From positions 7,775 through 71,774 of the forward strand of contig JABSQV010000053.1 of the NCBI GenBank assembly GCA_013215565.1: 64,000 nt of DNA, in the 5' to 3' direction. How positions within the stretch are numbered: the first letter of the stretch is position 1; every line of letters starts with the position of its first letter. Shown here piece after piece: positions 17,865 to 27,260 of this stretch. The DNA is from Myxococcales bacterium. GTDB lineage: Bacteria > Myxococcota_A > UBA9160 > SZUA-336. Under the pieces are notes generated by a model. It did no database searches. It saw nothing but the letters and a program-made list of their open reading frames with translations, and was not told the origin of the DNA. A program made the translations under genes and the position numbers.

Positions 17865-19916
17865 TCAGTCGAGAAAGGCGCGCAGGGCCTTGGACCTGCT
17901 CGGATGGCGCAGCTTGCGCAACGCCTTCGCCTCGATCTGGCGGATCCGTTCGCGGGTGACCGCGAAGTCCTGACCGACCTCCTCGAGCGTGTGATTCGAA
18001 CGCTCCCCGATGCCGAAGCGCATCTTGAGCACCTTCTCTTCTCGCGGCGACAGGGTGCCCAGAACCTCCATCGTGTGCTGCGAGAGGCTTCGCAGAATTA
18101 CCTCTTCGGTGATAGAGACGCGCTTCTTGTCTTCGAGGAAATCGCCGAGGTGGCTGTCCTCGTCCTCGCCGATCGGGGTCTCGAGAGAGATCGGCTCCTT
18201 CGCGATCTTGAGCACCATCTGGATCTTCTCCAGCGGCATGTCCATCTTCTCCGAGACCTCCTCGGGAGTCGGCTCGCGCCCGAGATTCTGAACCAGGTAG
18301 CGCGTCGCTCGAACGAGCTTGTTCATCGTCTCGATCATGTGCACGGGGATCCGGATCGTGCGGGCCTGATCCGCGATGGCGCGCGTGATCGCCTGCCGGA
18401 TCCACCAGGTGGCGTAGGTCGAGAACTTGTATCCGCGGCGCCACTCGAACTTGTCCACCGCCTTCATGAGGCCGATGTTCCCCTCCTGAATCAGGTCGAG
18501 GAACTGGAGCCCGCGGTTCGTGTACTTCTTGGCAATGGAGACCACCAGCCGCAGATTCGCTTCGATCAGCTCACTCTTCGCCTCCCGGGTCCGCTCGGCC
18601 GCCGACTGTATCCGCTGCTGGGATGCCACAGCCGCGTCGTGGCTCGTCTGATGATCCGCCTCGATCTTCTGGATCTGGCGGCGCACCGAGAGCAACTCGC
18701 GCTCCGCGATCGCGATCGCTTCTGGGTTCCCACCGAGCCGTTTGAGCGCCTTCTTTCCGGGCACGGAACGGCGACGGGACTGCGCGGACAATTCGAGAAA
18801 CTCCTCGCCGGACAGACGCAGCGGCTTCAACATGCGCTCGATGTGACACTGCAGTTCGTCGATCTCCTCGACGAACTTCGCGATCTCATACTGGAGCGAA
18901 CGAACGAACTCCGTCGAAACGCCCGAATCCAGGACCCGGGTCGCATCCCGGCTGCGGATCGTGTCCAGTTCTGCCTCCACCCGTTCGCGCGCCGCGGCCC
19001 GCGTGCGCGAATTGGCGAGGACCCGGCTCCGCTTGAGCAACTCGGGTCCGCTGCGCCGCGCCTGGGTGAGCGCCTGGAGCAGGCCCTTGCGCTTGGTCAC
19101 CAGGTCCGCACCCTCTTCGAGGTTGTTCGGAAAGAGCTTCTTGGCGTCGCGCTTGTCGTTGCGAAGCTCGTCTCCGATCTCGAGCAATCGATCCATCACG
19201 ACCGACGACTTGAGAATCTCCTTCAGCTCGTCGCCCTCCCCCGCCTCGATTCTCTGTGCGATCTCGACCTCTCCCGCCCGTGTGAGCAGAGATACCGCAC
19301 CCATCTCGCGCAGGTAGACACGCACCGGATCGTTCGAACGATACCCCGAGTAGTCGTCCGCGCCGTTCGTACGCCGGCGAGAGTCGGGCTTGCGCAACTG
19401 GACGGGTGGAGTCCAGTCCCGGATCGCCACGGAGTGCCGTTTAAAGAGCGTCACCACCTCATCGAGTTTCTGAGATGACTCCAAGATGTGGCTCGGCAGA
19501 ACGCCGAGCAGCGCCGCGCCGTCGACGTGCCCCCTGTCCTTGCCCGAGCGCAGCAGCTGTCGCAGGCTCGTCCCTCCGCCCGGGTGCGTCCCCCGGACCA
19601 GCTTCTGGATTGCTTCCCGGGCCTCGCGCGTCGGCCTGGTCTTGCTCACGGCCGTCGACCGCGAGGTCGAGTTGGCGCTTCGGACTCGGGCCTTCACCGG
19701 GACCGCTGCCTGGACCTTGGCCCCGTTCCGGGCCTTGGCCCCGTTCCGGGCCTTGGCCCCGCTCTGGGCCTTGGCCCCGCTCTGGGCCTTGGCCCCGCTC
19801 TGGGCCTTGGCCCCGCTCTGGGCCTTGGCCCCGCTCCGGGCCTTGCTCCCGGACGGGGAAGTCCGGGATTGCTTGGGACTGCGCTTGGAACTGGGCATCG
19901 TGGGGGGACTCCTCAT
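17865..19916 (-). CDS. rpoD: RNA polymerase sigma factor RpoD (sigma-70) with a repetitive N-terminal extension
   Basis: Regions 2-4 are clear ([45 protein letters not shown]). N-terminus carries [12 protein letters not shown] repeats. Confidence 0.93.
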   Translation of the reverse strand: MRSPPTMPSSKRSPKQSRTSPSGSKARSGAKAQSGAKAQSGAKAQSGAKAQSGAKARNGAKARNGAKVQAAVPVKARVRSANSTSRSTAVSKTRPTREAREAIQKLVRGTHPGGGTSLRQLLRSGKDRGHVDGAALLGVLPSHILESSQKLDEVVTLFKRHSVAIRDWTPPVQLRKPDSRRRTNGADDYSGYRSNDPVRVYLREMGAVSLLTRAGEVEIAQRIEAGEGDELKEILKSSVVMDRLLEIGDELRNDKRDAKKLFPNNLEEGADLVTKRKGLLQALTQARRSGPELLKRSRVLANSRTRAAARERVEAELDTIRSRDATRVLDSGVSTEFVRSLQYEIAKFVEEIDELQCHIERMLKPLRLSGEEFLELSAQSRRRSVPGKKALKRLGGNPEAIAIAERELLSVRRQIQKIEADHQTSHDAAVASQQRIQSAAERTREAKSELIEANLRLVVSIAKKYTNRGLQFLDLIQEGNIGLMKAVDKFEWRRGYKFSTYATWWIRQAITRAIADQARTIRIPVHMIETMNKLVRATRYLVQNLGREPTPEEVSEKMDMPLEKIQMVLKIAKEPISLETPIGEDEDSHLGDFLEDKKRVSITEEVILRSLSQHTMEVLGTLSPREEKVLKMRFGIGERSNHTLEEVGQDFAVTRERIRQIEAKALRKLRHPSRSKALRAFLD
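19715..19858 (-). repeat. tandem 18-bp repeat, 7 good copies plus 1 degenerate, in frame within rpoD
   Basis: Plus-strand unit CCTTGGCCCCGCTCTGGG (variants ..GTTCCGGG, ..GCTCCGGG) starts at 19715, 19733, 19751, 19769, 19787, 19805, 19823 and (degenerate) 19841. It encodes (S/N)GAKA(Q/R) hexapeptides. Confidence 0.9.
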
Positions 19917-19935
19917 GCGTTCAGAAATGTTCCGT

Positions 19936-21732
19936 TCAAACCGCGGAGGGCGGCTCTTCGGGTGAAGGTTGTCGGCGACTCGAACTCAGCGCATCGATCT
20001 GCTCCAGGATCCCGTCCTGATCTGCCGGTGAACTCTTCGCAAGTTCCTCACGCAGATGGGCCAGACGGGCCTGACGCACCTCTCGCTGGAGTCGGTCGAT
20101 GCAATCGGAAACGGCGCGCTGGGCCATCGCCAGATCCTCCGATCCCGCACGCGCCAGAATCCTGGAAAGCGCGGTCTTCGAGGCCGGATCCAGAACTTCG
20201 GACTCCGGCGAAAGCAACACTTCCACACGCTGGCCCTCGCGGAGCACCCGCATCACCTGCCCGAGCAGTTCCCGGCCGGCTCCGGGCGGGATCCATGCCA
20301 GATCTAGTTCGCGTGTCTTCGCCTCGAGTTCGGGAAACGACGTCAGCTCCTCGATCAACTGCCGGCTGACGAGGTCGAGCCTGGCCGGCGCGGCCGGTTC
20401 GGGCTGCGTGCGGACTTCCGGACCAGCGGGTTGCGGCCCGGATCGACGCGAGCGCGCCGGGTCCGAACGAACCGTCTCCGCGACCGCGCTGGGGGGCACA
20501 CCCAGCCGGGCCGCGATGCTTCGAAAGTAGGCGGCTTGCTCGACGGAATTTTCGAGCGCCTTGAGATAAGGGGCGAGCGAGCGCACGGCTTCGCCCGACC
20601 GCACCGCATCCTCGGACCCACCCGGGAGCTTTGCGTCGATCAGCTTCTCGAGCAGTGGCGTGCTGTGCTCAACGCAGTCCGCGAGCGCCTCCGCGCCCTG
20701 CTTCGCGAGCAGTGTCGCCGGGTCCTCCCCGGCGGGAAGCTCGGCCGCGAGCACCCGGATTCCCTCCGCAAGCAGGATCGGCAGCGAGAGTTCGGTCGCA
20801 CGTTGCCCCGCCTCGTCCGCGTCGAAAAGCAGGATCACCTCGGGGACGTAGCGTCGGAGGCGCCGCGCGTGCTCGCGCGTCAGCGCCGTACCACAGGGCG
20901 CAACCGCTTCCGGAATTCCGGCCCGGTGCAGGGCCAGCACGTCGAAGTAGCCTTCTACCACGACCGCGCGACTGCAGTTCCGAATGCCCTCGAGCGCCTG
21001 GGCCATGCCGAAGAGCACGCTGCCCTTGTGATAGATCGGGCTCTCGGGCGTGTTCAGGTACTTGGGTTGATCGTCCCCGCTCGCGCGCCCGCCGAAGCCG
21101 AGCACGTTTCCGGCCGGGTCCGTGATCGGAAACACGACCCGGCCGCGGAAGAGATCGTAGTGGCCGTTGCCGGTCGCCCGCGCCTTCACCAGGCCCGCCT
21201 GCTCGGCCACACGCGCCTCGTGGCCATTCCGGGCCAGGTACCCGAGCAGCCCGTCCCAGCGCGGGGGGGCCAGGCCGATCTGGAATCGGTCCGCGAGTTC
21301 GCTCGAGACGCCGCGTTCGCCGAGATAATGGCGTGCCGCCTCGCCTTCGCGCGAACGCAGGGTCTCACGGAAGAACTCGAGCGCAGCCTCGTTCGCTCGA
21401 TGAAGCGCTGCGGTTCGGCTGGAGGAGGTCCCCCCGGTCTCGGGGACCGTCACGCCGACCTCGCGCGCCAGGCTCCGGACCGCGTCAGGGAACTCGAGCC
21501 CGGCATGACGCATCCGGAAGCCAAACACGTCGCCGCCGGTCTGGCAGCCGAAACAGTGAAAGGTCTGCTTCTCCGCGTTGACCTTGAACGAAGGGGTCTT
21601 CTCTTCGTGGAAGGGACACAGCCCCCAGTACTCGCGGCCTCGCTGAGTGAGGGTGACGGACTGCCCGACGACCTCGATCAGGTCGGCGCGCGCGCGAACC
21701 TCGCTCAGAATATTCTCCGGGATATGGCCCAA
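19936..21732 (-). CDS. dnaG: DNA primase
   Basis: Zinc finger [13 protein letters not shown]...[19 protein letters not shown] region [12 protein letters not shown]...LLFDADEAG. 598 aa. Confidence 0.92.
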   Translation of the reverse strand: MGHIPENILSEVRARADLIEVVGQSVTLTQRGREYWGLCPFHEEKTPSFKVNAEKQTFHCFGCQTGGDVFGFRMRHAGLEFPDAVRSLAREVGVTVPETGGTSSSRTAALHRANEAALEFFRETLRSREGEAARHYLGERGVSSELADRFQIGLAPPRWDGLLGYLARNGHEARVAEQAGLVKARATGNGHYDLFRGRVVFPITDPAGNVLGFGGRASGDDQPKYLNTPESPIYHKGSVLFGMAQALEGIRNCSRAVVVEGYFDVLALHRAGIPEAVAPCGTALTREHARRLRRYVPEVILLFDADEAGQRATELSLPILLAEGIRVLAAELPAGEDPATLLAKQGAEALADCVEHSTPLLEKLIDAKLPGGSEDAVRSGEAVRSLAPYLKALENSVEQAAYFRSIAARLGVPPSAVAETVRSDPARSRRSGPQPAGPEVRTQPEPAAPARLDLVSRQLIEELTSFPELEAKTRELDLAWIPPGAGRELLGQVMRVLREGQRVEVLLSPESEVLDPASKTALSRILARAGSEDLAMAQRAVSDCIDRLQREVRQARLAHLREELAKSSPADQDGILEQIDALSSSRRQPSPEEPPSAV

Positions 21733-21840
21733 GGCTTCTGGTAGCTCCCCGGATCTCCCGGCACCTCTCCTGGCACCGGAACATCCGCCCTTACCCCTGC
21801 TGAAGACCCTCCCTGGGGGGCTCTGATTCTCGTTCAGGAC

Positions 21841-21872
21841 ACGGGCCCAGCGGCATTCGGTGCCGGGCCCGT
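21841..21872 (-). terminator. GC-rich stem-loop between rpsU and dnaG (possible attenuator; no U-tract)
   Basis: ACGGGCCC(AGC)GGCA-TTCGG-TGCCGGGCCCGT lies 6 nt downstream of the rpsU stop on the minus strand. Its position is analogous to the internal terminator of the E. coli rpsU-dnaG-rpoD operon. Confidence 0.35.
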
Positions 21873-21877
21873 CAAAA

Positions 21878-22072
21878 CTATCTGGCTCCGCGGAGTTTCT
21901 TGATGGCCCGCTTGCGCGCCGCGATGGCCTTGCGCTTGCGCCGGACGCTCGGCTTGTCGTAGTGCTCGCGCCGACGCAGCTCGTACATGATCCCGGCCTT
22001 CTCGCACGACTTCTTGAAGCGCTTGAGCGCGACCTCGAAGACCTCGTTGTCCTTGACCTTTATGCCCGGCAG
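21878..22072 (-). CDS. rpsU: 30S ribosomal protein S21, apparent CTG start codon
   Basis: Not in the ORF track. Reverse-complement translation is (M)[63 protein letters not shown]-stop. GGAGG lies 8 nt upstream of CTG 22072-22070. No in-frame ATG/GTG/TTG for at least about 70 nt upstream. Confidence 0.85.
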   Translation of the reverse strand: MPGIKVKDNEVFEVALKRFKKSCEKAGIMYELRRREHYDKPSVRRKRKAIAARKRAIKKLRGAR

Positions 22073-22108
22073 CGGCCTGCCCTCCGATCTCTGACTCGAT
22101 CTCTCATT

Positions 22109-22134
22109 CCGGCGTCCGGTCCCACGGACGCCGG
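22109..22134 (-). promoter_or_regulatory. 10-bp perfect GC-rich hairpin in the rpsU leader
   Basis: CCGGCGTCCG-GTCCCA-CGGACGCCGG, about 37 nt upstream of the rpsU start on the minus strand. Confidence 0.4.
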
Positions 22135-22206
22135 CGCAGATGCCACAGGTTCAGCCCTTTGCGCGCCGCGGCTCCGAGCCCCGCGGGCCGGAGGCGCCGG
22201 CCATTC

Positions 22207-22232
22207 GCGACTCCCGGACCTGCGACTCCCGG
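22207..22232. repeat. 11-bp direct repeat x2 (GCGACTCCCGG, 15-bp period) in the rpsU upstream region
   Basis: Exact copies at 22207-22217 and 22222-22232. Confidence 0.6.
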
Positions 22233-22475
22233 GCGTCCGGCTACCGCACCAGCAGGGCCCAGGAAGGCCACTTCGACGCGGCGTCACCAGGTCAACCCGT
22301 CGCAGAGCCTCCCACGCGCGCCCGTCCAGACTTTGAAACCGTGTACCAGAACCCGCGTACATCCGACTGAAAACCCTTACAATCCAGTAACTTGCAGTCC
22401 AATTGCACGCGGCAAGCTAGCACAACCGCTCAGCGCTCCGCAATACAGAGTGGCAACGGGGCGACGAAAAGTGTC

Positions 22476-22492
22476 AATTGGTCCGACCAATT
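22476..22492. promoter_or_regulatory. perfect 8-1-8 palindrome AATTGGTC-C-GACCAATT (candidate operator)
   Basis: Read directly. Sits in an AT-richer patch between the hisF stop and rpsU. On the minus strand its right arm overlaps a TTGACA hexamer. The 1-nt spacer rules out an RNA hairpin. Confidence 0.4.
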
Positions 22493-22496
22493 TAGA

Positions 22497-22522
22497 CCAG
22501 AGCGCCGGTGCGCCGGCTCTGG
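22497..22522 (-). terminator. possible hisF terminator hairpin
   Basis: CCAGAGCGCCGGTGCGCCGGCTCTGG (about 10 bp with a 2-nt bulge), 7 nt after the hisF stop. On the minus strand it is followed by UCUAAAUU. Confidence 0.4.
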
Positions 22523-22528
22523 CGCGCG

Positions 22529-23320
22529 CTACGCATCCACAGGCCGGACCGGCACGCCGCACTCGGCAAGAAAGGCCTTGGTCTCGGCGATCGAGAAGGT
22601 TCCGAAGTGGAAGATGCTCGCCGCGAGGACAGCGGACGCGCCGCCGCCGCCGGGCCCGTCATCCAGCGCCTGCCGCAGATGCGCGAGCTCGCCGGCCCCG
22701 CCGGACGCGATCACGGGGAGCCGCACGGCGTCGCTGATCGCGCGTGTCAGCTCAAGGTCGTACCCATCCCGCGTCCCGTCCCGGTCCATGCTCGTGAGCA
22801 GGATCTCTCCGGCGCCGGCCCGCTCCATCCGGAGCGCCCAGTCGACCGCATCCAGGCCGGTGGGGCGCCGGCCGCCGTGCGTGTAGACCTCCCAACCCGA
22901 GCCCGGGACCCCGAACTCCCGGCTCCGGGCGTCGACCGCGACGATCAGGTTGGCCGAGCCCAGCCGAAGCGCAGTCTCCGAGACCAACTCCGGGCGCTCG
23001 ACCGCGGCGGTGTTGATCGAGACCTTGTCGGCTCCCGCACCCAGCAGCGCCCGCGCGTCCTCGACGGTGCGGACGCCGCCCCCCACCGAGAACGGGATCA
23101 TGACCCGCTCGGCGGTCCGGGAGACCAGTTCCAGTAGGGTCCCGCGCCCCTCGTGCGACGCGGTGATGTCGAGGAAGCACAACTCATCCGCGCACTGCTC
23201 GTCGTAGGCGGCCGCGATCTCGATCGGGTCGCCTGCGTCACGAAGTTCGGTGAACCGAATCCCCTTCACGACGCGCCCGTCCTTGACGTCCAGACAGGGA
23301 ATGACGCGCTTGGTCAGCAT
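22529..23320 (-). CDS. hisF: imidazole glycerol phosphate synthase cyclase subunit
   Basis: [20 protein letters not shown]..., SVGGGVR, SINTAAV, ASGGAG. ATG at 23320, 263 aa. The longer ORF to 23620 is a shadow over hisA. Confidence 0.92.
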   Translation of the reverse strand: MLTKRVIPCLDVKDGRVVKGIRFTELRDAGDPIEIAAAYDEQCADELCFLDITASHEGRGTLLELVSRTAERVMIPFSVGGGVRTVEDARALLGAGADKVSINTAAVERPELVSETALRLGSANLIVAVDARSREFGVPGSGWEVYTHGGRRPTGLDAVDWALRMERAGAGEILLTSMDRDGTRDGYDLELTRAISDAVRLPVIASGGAGELAHLRQALDDGPGGGGASAVLAASIFHFGTFSIAETKAFLAECGVPVRPVDA

Positions 23321-24039
23321 GCGCCCACCTCGGTGACCGCACACCCCAGGTCGAGCCGGCCTTCGTAGAACGCGCGCCCCACGATCGCGCCCGCAATGAC
23401 GCGCGAGCGCGCGAGTTCCAGCAGGTCCTCGAGCCTTCCTACGCCGCCCGACGCGATCACGGGCAGCGTCGTGCTGCGAGCGAGGGCCACGGTCCCGGCC
23501 ACGTCGGGCCCGCTGAGCATCCCATCGCGCCCGATCTCGGTGTGTAGAACCGCTCCGAGCGGCAACCCCTCGAACTCCTCCAGCACCTCGCGGGCGGTCC
23601 GGGGCTCCACCCGTTCCCATCCCCGCACCGCGACCTGGCCGCCGCGGGTGTCGAGACCGAGCACCAGGCGGCCGGGCCAGCGCTCGGCCACCCCCCGGAC
23701 CAGCCTCGGATCCTCGAGCGCGGCGGTGCCCATCACCACGCGATCCGCCCCGATCCCGAGCAACTGCTCGACCGTCTCGAACGACCGCACGCCGCCCCCG
23801 ACCTGCACAGGCGTCGCGCCCGCCGCCCGCAGGATCGTCTTCACGATTTGGGTGTTTCGGCCCACCCCGCGCCGGGCGCCGTCGAGGTCGACAACGTGGA
23901 TCCGCGCGACTCCGGCCTGCAGGAAGTCGCGGACGACCTCGGCCGGCACACGGTCGAACTGGGTCTTCCGCGTGTAATCTCCCTGCTCCAGACGCACGAC
24001 CCGGCCGTCCAGAAGGTCGATCGAGGGAATGATCTCCAC
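23314..24039 (-). CDS. hisA: 1-(5-phosphoribosyl)-5-[(5-phosphoribosylamino)methylideneamino]imidazole-4-carboxamide isomerase
   Basis: GTG 24039: [17 protein letters not shown]..., [22 protein letters not shown]. 241 aa. Overlaps hisF by 7 nt. Confidence 0.9.
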   Translation of the reverse strand: MEIIPSIDLLDGRVVRLEQGDYTRKTQFDRVPAEVVRDFLQAGVARIHVVDLDGARRGVGRNTQIVKTILRAAGATPVQVGGGVRSFETVEQLLGIGADRVVMGTAALEDPRLVRGVAERWPGRLVLGLDTRGGQVAVRGWERVEPRTAREVLEEFEGLPLGAVLHTEIGRDGMLSGPDVAGTVALARSTTLPVIASGGVGRLEDLLELARSRVIAGAIVGRAFYEGRLDLGCAVTEVGAC

Positions 24040-24046
24040 CCGCCCC

Positions 24047-24667
24047 TCAGGGGCCAGGCTCGGGCCCGGGAACGCGCTCGACGACTTCGCGCGCCCCGTA
24101 GGCAGCGAGCTGTTCGGCTGTGCGCCAGCGGAAGCCCCGCTCCCAGGCCCGGCCGAAGGAACCCGGGTCGTCGGAGAGCCCCTGCTGCGTCTCGGAGAAT
24201 TGGGCGCGCCAGAGCCTCTGTCCATCGACCCGGTACAGTCCGATTTCGAACTCGACGGAGGCAGCGCGCGTGGAACTCGCCCGGCCGCGGTAGCGGCTCA
24301 CCTCTCCCGCCAGGAATCCGGCCACGCCGAAGTTCCTGGCCAGCAGCGCCCCGACGGCTGCCGGGTCGCGCGCGGGCCAGGCGAGGCCCGCCGTCTCGAG
24401 CGCGCGCGCCGCAGACGCGGGCGACACGACCTCCAGATCCTGTCGCTCGTCGAGTTGCTCCAGCAGGCGCGCGGTGAGAATTCGGGCCCCTGCGGACGCC
24501 GCATCCGGATCGGCCCGCGAAGCGGCCGGGCTCGCTGCCAGGGCCAGCAGCGCGATCCGCCCGTCCCGCAGCGGCGGAACCGAGAAATCTTCGGTCGAGA
24601 CCGAACTGACACAGCCTCCCAGGAAGAGCGCGGCCGCCAGCAGCACAGCGGGCTCGCCTGGTCTCAT
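24047..24667 (-). CDS. lipoprotein of unknown function embedded in the his operon
   Basis: ATG 24667 overlaps the hisH stop (ATGA); an alternative ATG is at 24676. Signal peptide with lipobox FLGGC. Stop is 7 nt before the hisA start. Confidence 0.7.
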   Translation of the reverse strand: MRPGEPAVLLAAALFLGGCVSSVSTEDFSVPPLRDGRIALLALAASPAASRADPDAASAGARILTARLLEQLDERQDLEVVSPASAARALETAGLAWPARDPAAVGALLARNFGVAGFLAGEVSRYRGRASSTRAASVEFEIGLYRVDGQRLWRAQFSETQQGLSDDPGSFGRAWERGFRWRTAEQLAAYGAREVVERVPGPEPGP

Positions 24668-25278
24668 GGCTGCCATGCCAGAAACCTCTCGAACAGCGCG
24701 AGCCCCGCCCGCTGGCTCTTCTCCGGGTGAAACTGGACTGCGACCCAGTTATCCCGCCCGACCGCAGACGGGAACCAACCCCCGTACTCCGTCCGCGCGA
24801 CGACGGCCGCCTCCGGCACCTTCTCGGCTCGATAGGAGTGAACGAAGTAGAAATAGCTCTCGCGCACCACCGGGTGGGCCCGGACCGGCGACGCCAGATT
24901 CCAGCCCATGTGCGGGATCGGGCCGGGAAGCGACTCCGGGAAGCGCGCGACGCGGCCCGGAACCAGTCCCAGGCCGCGCGCCGGCCCCTCGTCGCCCTCC
25001 TCGAGGAGCGCCTGCAGGCCGATGCAGACTCCTAGGTAGGGGCAGCCCGCCCGAATCCGCTCGACCAGGGACTCGGCGATCCCGCCCTCTCGCAGGCGCT
25101 GCATGCAATCTCCGAGGTGCCCGACTCCCGGCAGCACCAGCCGCTCGGCGTCTCGTACTGCATCCGCGTCGCCCGCCAGACGCACGCGCGCACCCGCGCG
25201 CTCGAACGCGCGCCCAACGCTGCGGAGGTTTCCCATGCCGTAATCGATCAGGGTCACTTCCGGTGTCCGTGCACTCAT
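24664..25278 (-). CDS. hisH: imidazole glycerol phosphate synthase glutamine amidotransferase subunit
   Basis: LIDYGMGNLRSV, nucleophile region GVCIGLQ, FVHSY, QFHPEKS. 204 aa. Confidence 0.92.
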   Translation of the reverse strand: MSARTPEVTLIDYGMGNLRSVGRAFERAGARVRLAGDADAVRDAERLVLPGVGHLGDCMQRLREGGIAESLVERIRAGCPYLGVCIGLQALLEEGDEGPARGLGLVPGRVARFPESLPGPIPHMGWNLASPVRAHPVVRESYFYFVHSYRAEKVPEAAVVARTEYGGWFPSAVGRDNWVAVQFHPEKSQRAGLALFERFLAWQP

Positions 25279-25297
25279 GCCGGACCCCGAATACGGG

Positions 25298-25894
25298 TCA
25301 CAGACTGCCCTTGGTCGAGAGCGCGCCCTGGATACGGGGATCGATCCGGGTCGCCTGGTCGAGGGCGCGGCCGAGCCCCTTGAAGATGCCCTCTACGGTG
25401 TGGTGCACACCGCGCCCGTAAGCGGCGTTTACGTGGAGGTCGATCCCGCCGTTCGTACTCAGGGCGTACAGAAAGTCCTCGATCAGTGCGGCGTCGAACT
25501 GCCCGACCCAGTCCCGAGCGAGCTCCACGTTGTACACGAAGTGGGGCCGGTTCGAGAGGTCCAGATCGACCGAGACCAGCGCATCCGCCATCGGAATCCG
25601 TGCCGAACCGAAGCGCGAGAGCCCCGAACCGTCGCCAACCGCCCTCCGGATCGCCTGACCCAGCGTGATCCCGACGTCTTCCACCGTGTGGTGCTGATCG
25701 ACCTCGATGTCTCCGTCGGCGCGAGCGCGCAGATCGAAGAAGCCGTGCCGCGCAAAGGCCTCGAGCAGGTGATCGAAGAACGGCATGCCCGTCCGAACCT
25801 CGGCCTCTCCCGTGCCGTCCAGGCGCAGCTCCACCCGGATCTCGGTCTCACGCGTTTTTCTCGAAACCGTCGCTTCTCGCTCCATCTGCCTCAT
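25298..25894 (-). CDS. hisB: imidazoleglycerol-phosphate dehydratase (monofunctional)
   Basis: RKTRETEI, MPFFDHLLEAFARHG, DQHHTVEDVGI, HHTVEGIFKGLGRAL. Start is ATG 25894 or 25885. The upstream ORF extension overlaps hisD and is rejected. Confidence 0.9.
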   Translation of the reverse strand: MRQMEREATVSRKTRETEIRVELRLDGTGEAEVRTGMPFFDHLLEAFARHGFFDLRARADGDIEVDQHHTVEDVGITLGQAIRRAVGDGSGLSRFGSARIPMADALVSVDLDLSNRPHFVYNVELARDWVGQFDAALIEDFLYALSTNGGIDLHVNAAYGRGVHHTVEGIFKGLGRALDQATRIDPRIQGALSTKGSL

Positions 25895-25946
25895 CCTCTG
25901 ATCCTGGGGGATGAAAGCCCATCCCCGCACGCGGGTCCAGGGGCGC

Positions 25947-27260
25947 CTAAGACTCTCCCTCGCCCTGTTCGAGCCGCAGTTTGATCGCGTGCGCGTGTGC
26001 AAAGAGGCCTTCGAGTTCGGCCAGTCGCAGCGCGTGAGGTCCGAGCTTGCGCAGCGAGCGCGGACCCAGCGAGATCAGGCTCCGGCGCCGCAGGAAATCC
26101 TCGACTCCGACTGGAGAAGAGAAGCGAGCGGCCCCACCCGTCGGCAGCACGTGGCTGGGTCCGGCGATGTAGTCCCCGAACGGGACCGTGGCGTAGGAGC
26201 CGAGGAATACGGCCCCGGCCGTGTCGATCCGTCCGGCCCAGTGTTCCGGGTCACGAACTGCGAGCTGGAGATGCTCTCCGGCGTAGCGGTTCGCAAGCAC
26301 CGCCGCCTCTTCGAGATCCCGAGTCACGACCGCGAGGCTCCGGGCGGCGAGCGAAGCCTCGGCGATCTCCCGACGCGGGGTTTCCGCGAGCTGGCGGCCC
26401 AGTTCCGCCAGAGTCGCGGATGCCAGCCCGCGTTCCGGGGTCACGAGCAGCACGCTCGCGTCGGGCGCATGCTCGGCCTGCGCGAGCAGATCGGCGGCCA
26501 CGAAGCGCGGGTTCGCGGAATCGTCGGCCACGATCACGACCTCGCTCGGACCCGCGTCGGCGTCGATCGCCACGCGGCCAGAGACCTGGCGCTTGGCCGC
26601 CTGCGTGTACACGCTCCCGGGTCCCATGATCTTGTCGACCGGCGAGACGCTCTCGGTCCCGTATGCGAGCGCCCCGACGCCCTGTGCGCCGCCCATCCGG
26701 TAGACGCGCTGGATCCCGGCAAGCCGCGCCGCCTCGAGTACGGCCGGGTGATGACGCTCGGCCGAACTCGCCACACACAGCTCGCGAACCCCCGCAACCC
26801 GGGCTGGAATCGCCAGCATCAGGAGCGTGGAAGGAAGCGGCGGGTAGCCCGGGACCATCAGCGCGACGCGCCCGATCGGCAGCAGGTCCTGGCCGAGCAG
26901 CTCGTCTCCATCTTCCAGACGCCAGGACTGGGGGACGTTTGCAGAGTGAAAGCGCCGGATGCGTTCGGCCGCGACGGCCAACGCGTCACACACCGAGGGT
27001 TCCAGCTGCGCCCGCGCCCCCTCGATCTCTTCGGGGCCGGCGAACAGCGTCTCGGGCGTCAGACGGTAGCCGTCGTAGCGCTCGACCGCGTCAAGAACTG
27101 CATCATCGCCTCGCTGCCGCACGTCCTCGAGAATCTCCGCAACCGCACGATCGACGTCGGCAGCTTCCAGCTCCCGGCGCGCCTCGAGCACTGAAAACGC
27201 GGCCTCGAAACCGGCCTCATCGGTTCCGATCAGGCGGATCGGGGGCGCCGGCGCGCTCAT
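25947..27260 (-). CDS. hisD: histidinol dehydrogenase
   Basis: HisD-like over the full 437 aa (e.g. IDADAGPSEVVIVAD, AQAEH, GDYIAGPSHVLPTGG). ATGA overlap with murA. Confidence 0.92.
   Translation of the reverse strand: MSAPAPPIRLIGTDEAGFEAAFSVLEARRELEAADVDRAVAEILEDVRQRGDDAVLDAVERYDGYRLTPETLFAGPEEIEGARAQLEPSVCDALAVAAERIRRFHSANVPQSWRLEDGDELLGQDLLPIGRVALMVPGYPPLPSTLLMLAIPARVAGVRELCVASSAERHHPAVLEAARLAGIQRVYRMGGAQGVGALAYGTESVSPVDKIMGPGSVYTQAAKRQVSGRVAIDADAGPSEVVIVADDSANPRFVAADLLAQAEHAPDASVLLVTPERGLASATLAELGRQLAETPRREIAEASLAARSLAVVTRDLEEAAVLANRYAGEHLQLAVRDPEHWAGRIDTAGAVFLGSYATVPFGDYIAGPSHVLPTGGAARFSSPVGVEDFLRRRSLISLGPRSLRKLGPHALRLAELEGLFAHAHAIKLRLEQGEGES

Noticed and set aside
17682-19478. 598-aa plus-strand ORF
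   Set aside because: Antisense shadow of rpoD.
19715-19858. Could the 18-bp repeats be a CRISPR-like array?
   Set aside because: The units are contiguous with no spacers, only 18 bp long, and lie in frame inside rpoD. This is a coding tandem repeat.
22073-22528. Known structured RNAs (SRP/4.5S RNA, RNase P RNA, tmRNA) in the large gap
   Set aside because: The conserved cores I remember (the GGAAGCAGCCAAGG-type SRP helix-8 motif, GAGGAAAGTCCGGGC of RNase P, the tmRNA 5' GGGGCTGA) are not present.
25895-26002. Longer hisB start (ORF to 26002)
   Set aside because: It would overlap the hisD 3' end by 56 nt and add Arg-rich sequence not found in IGPD. The conserved RKTRETEI block lies right after the internal ATGs.
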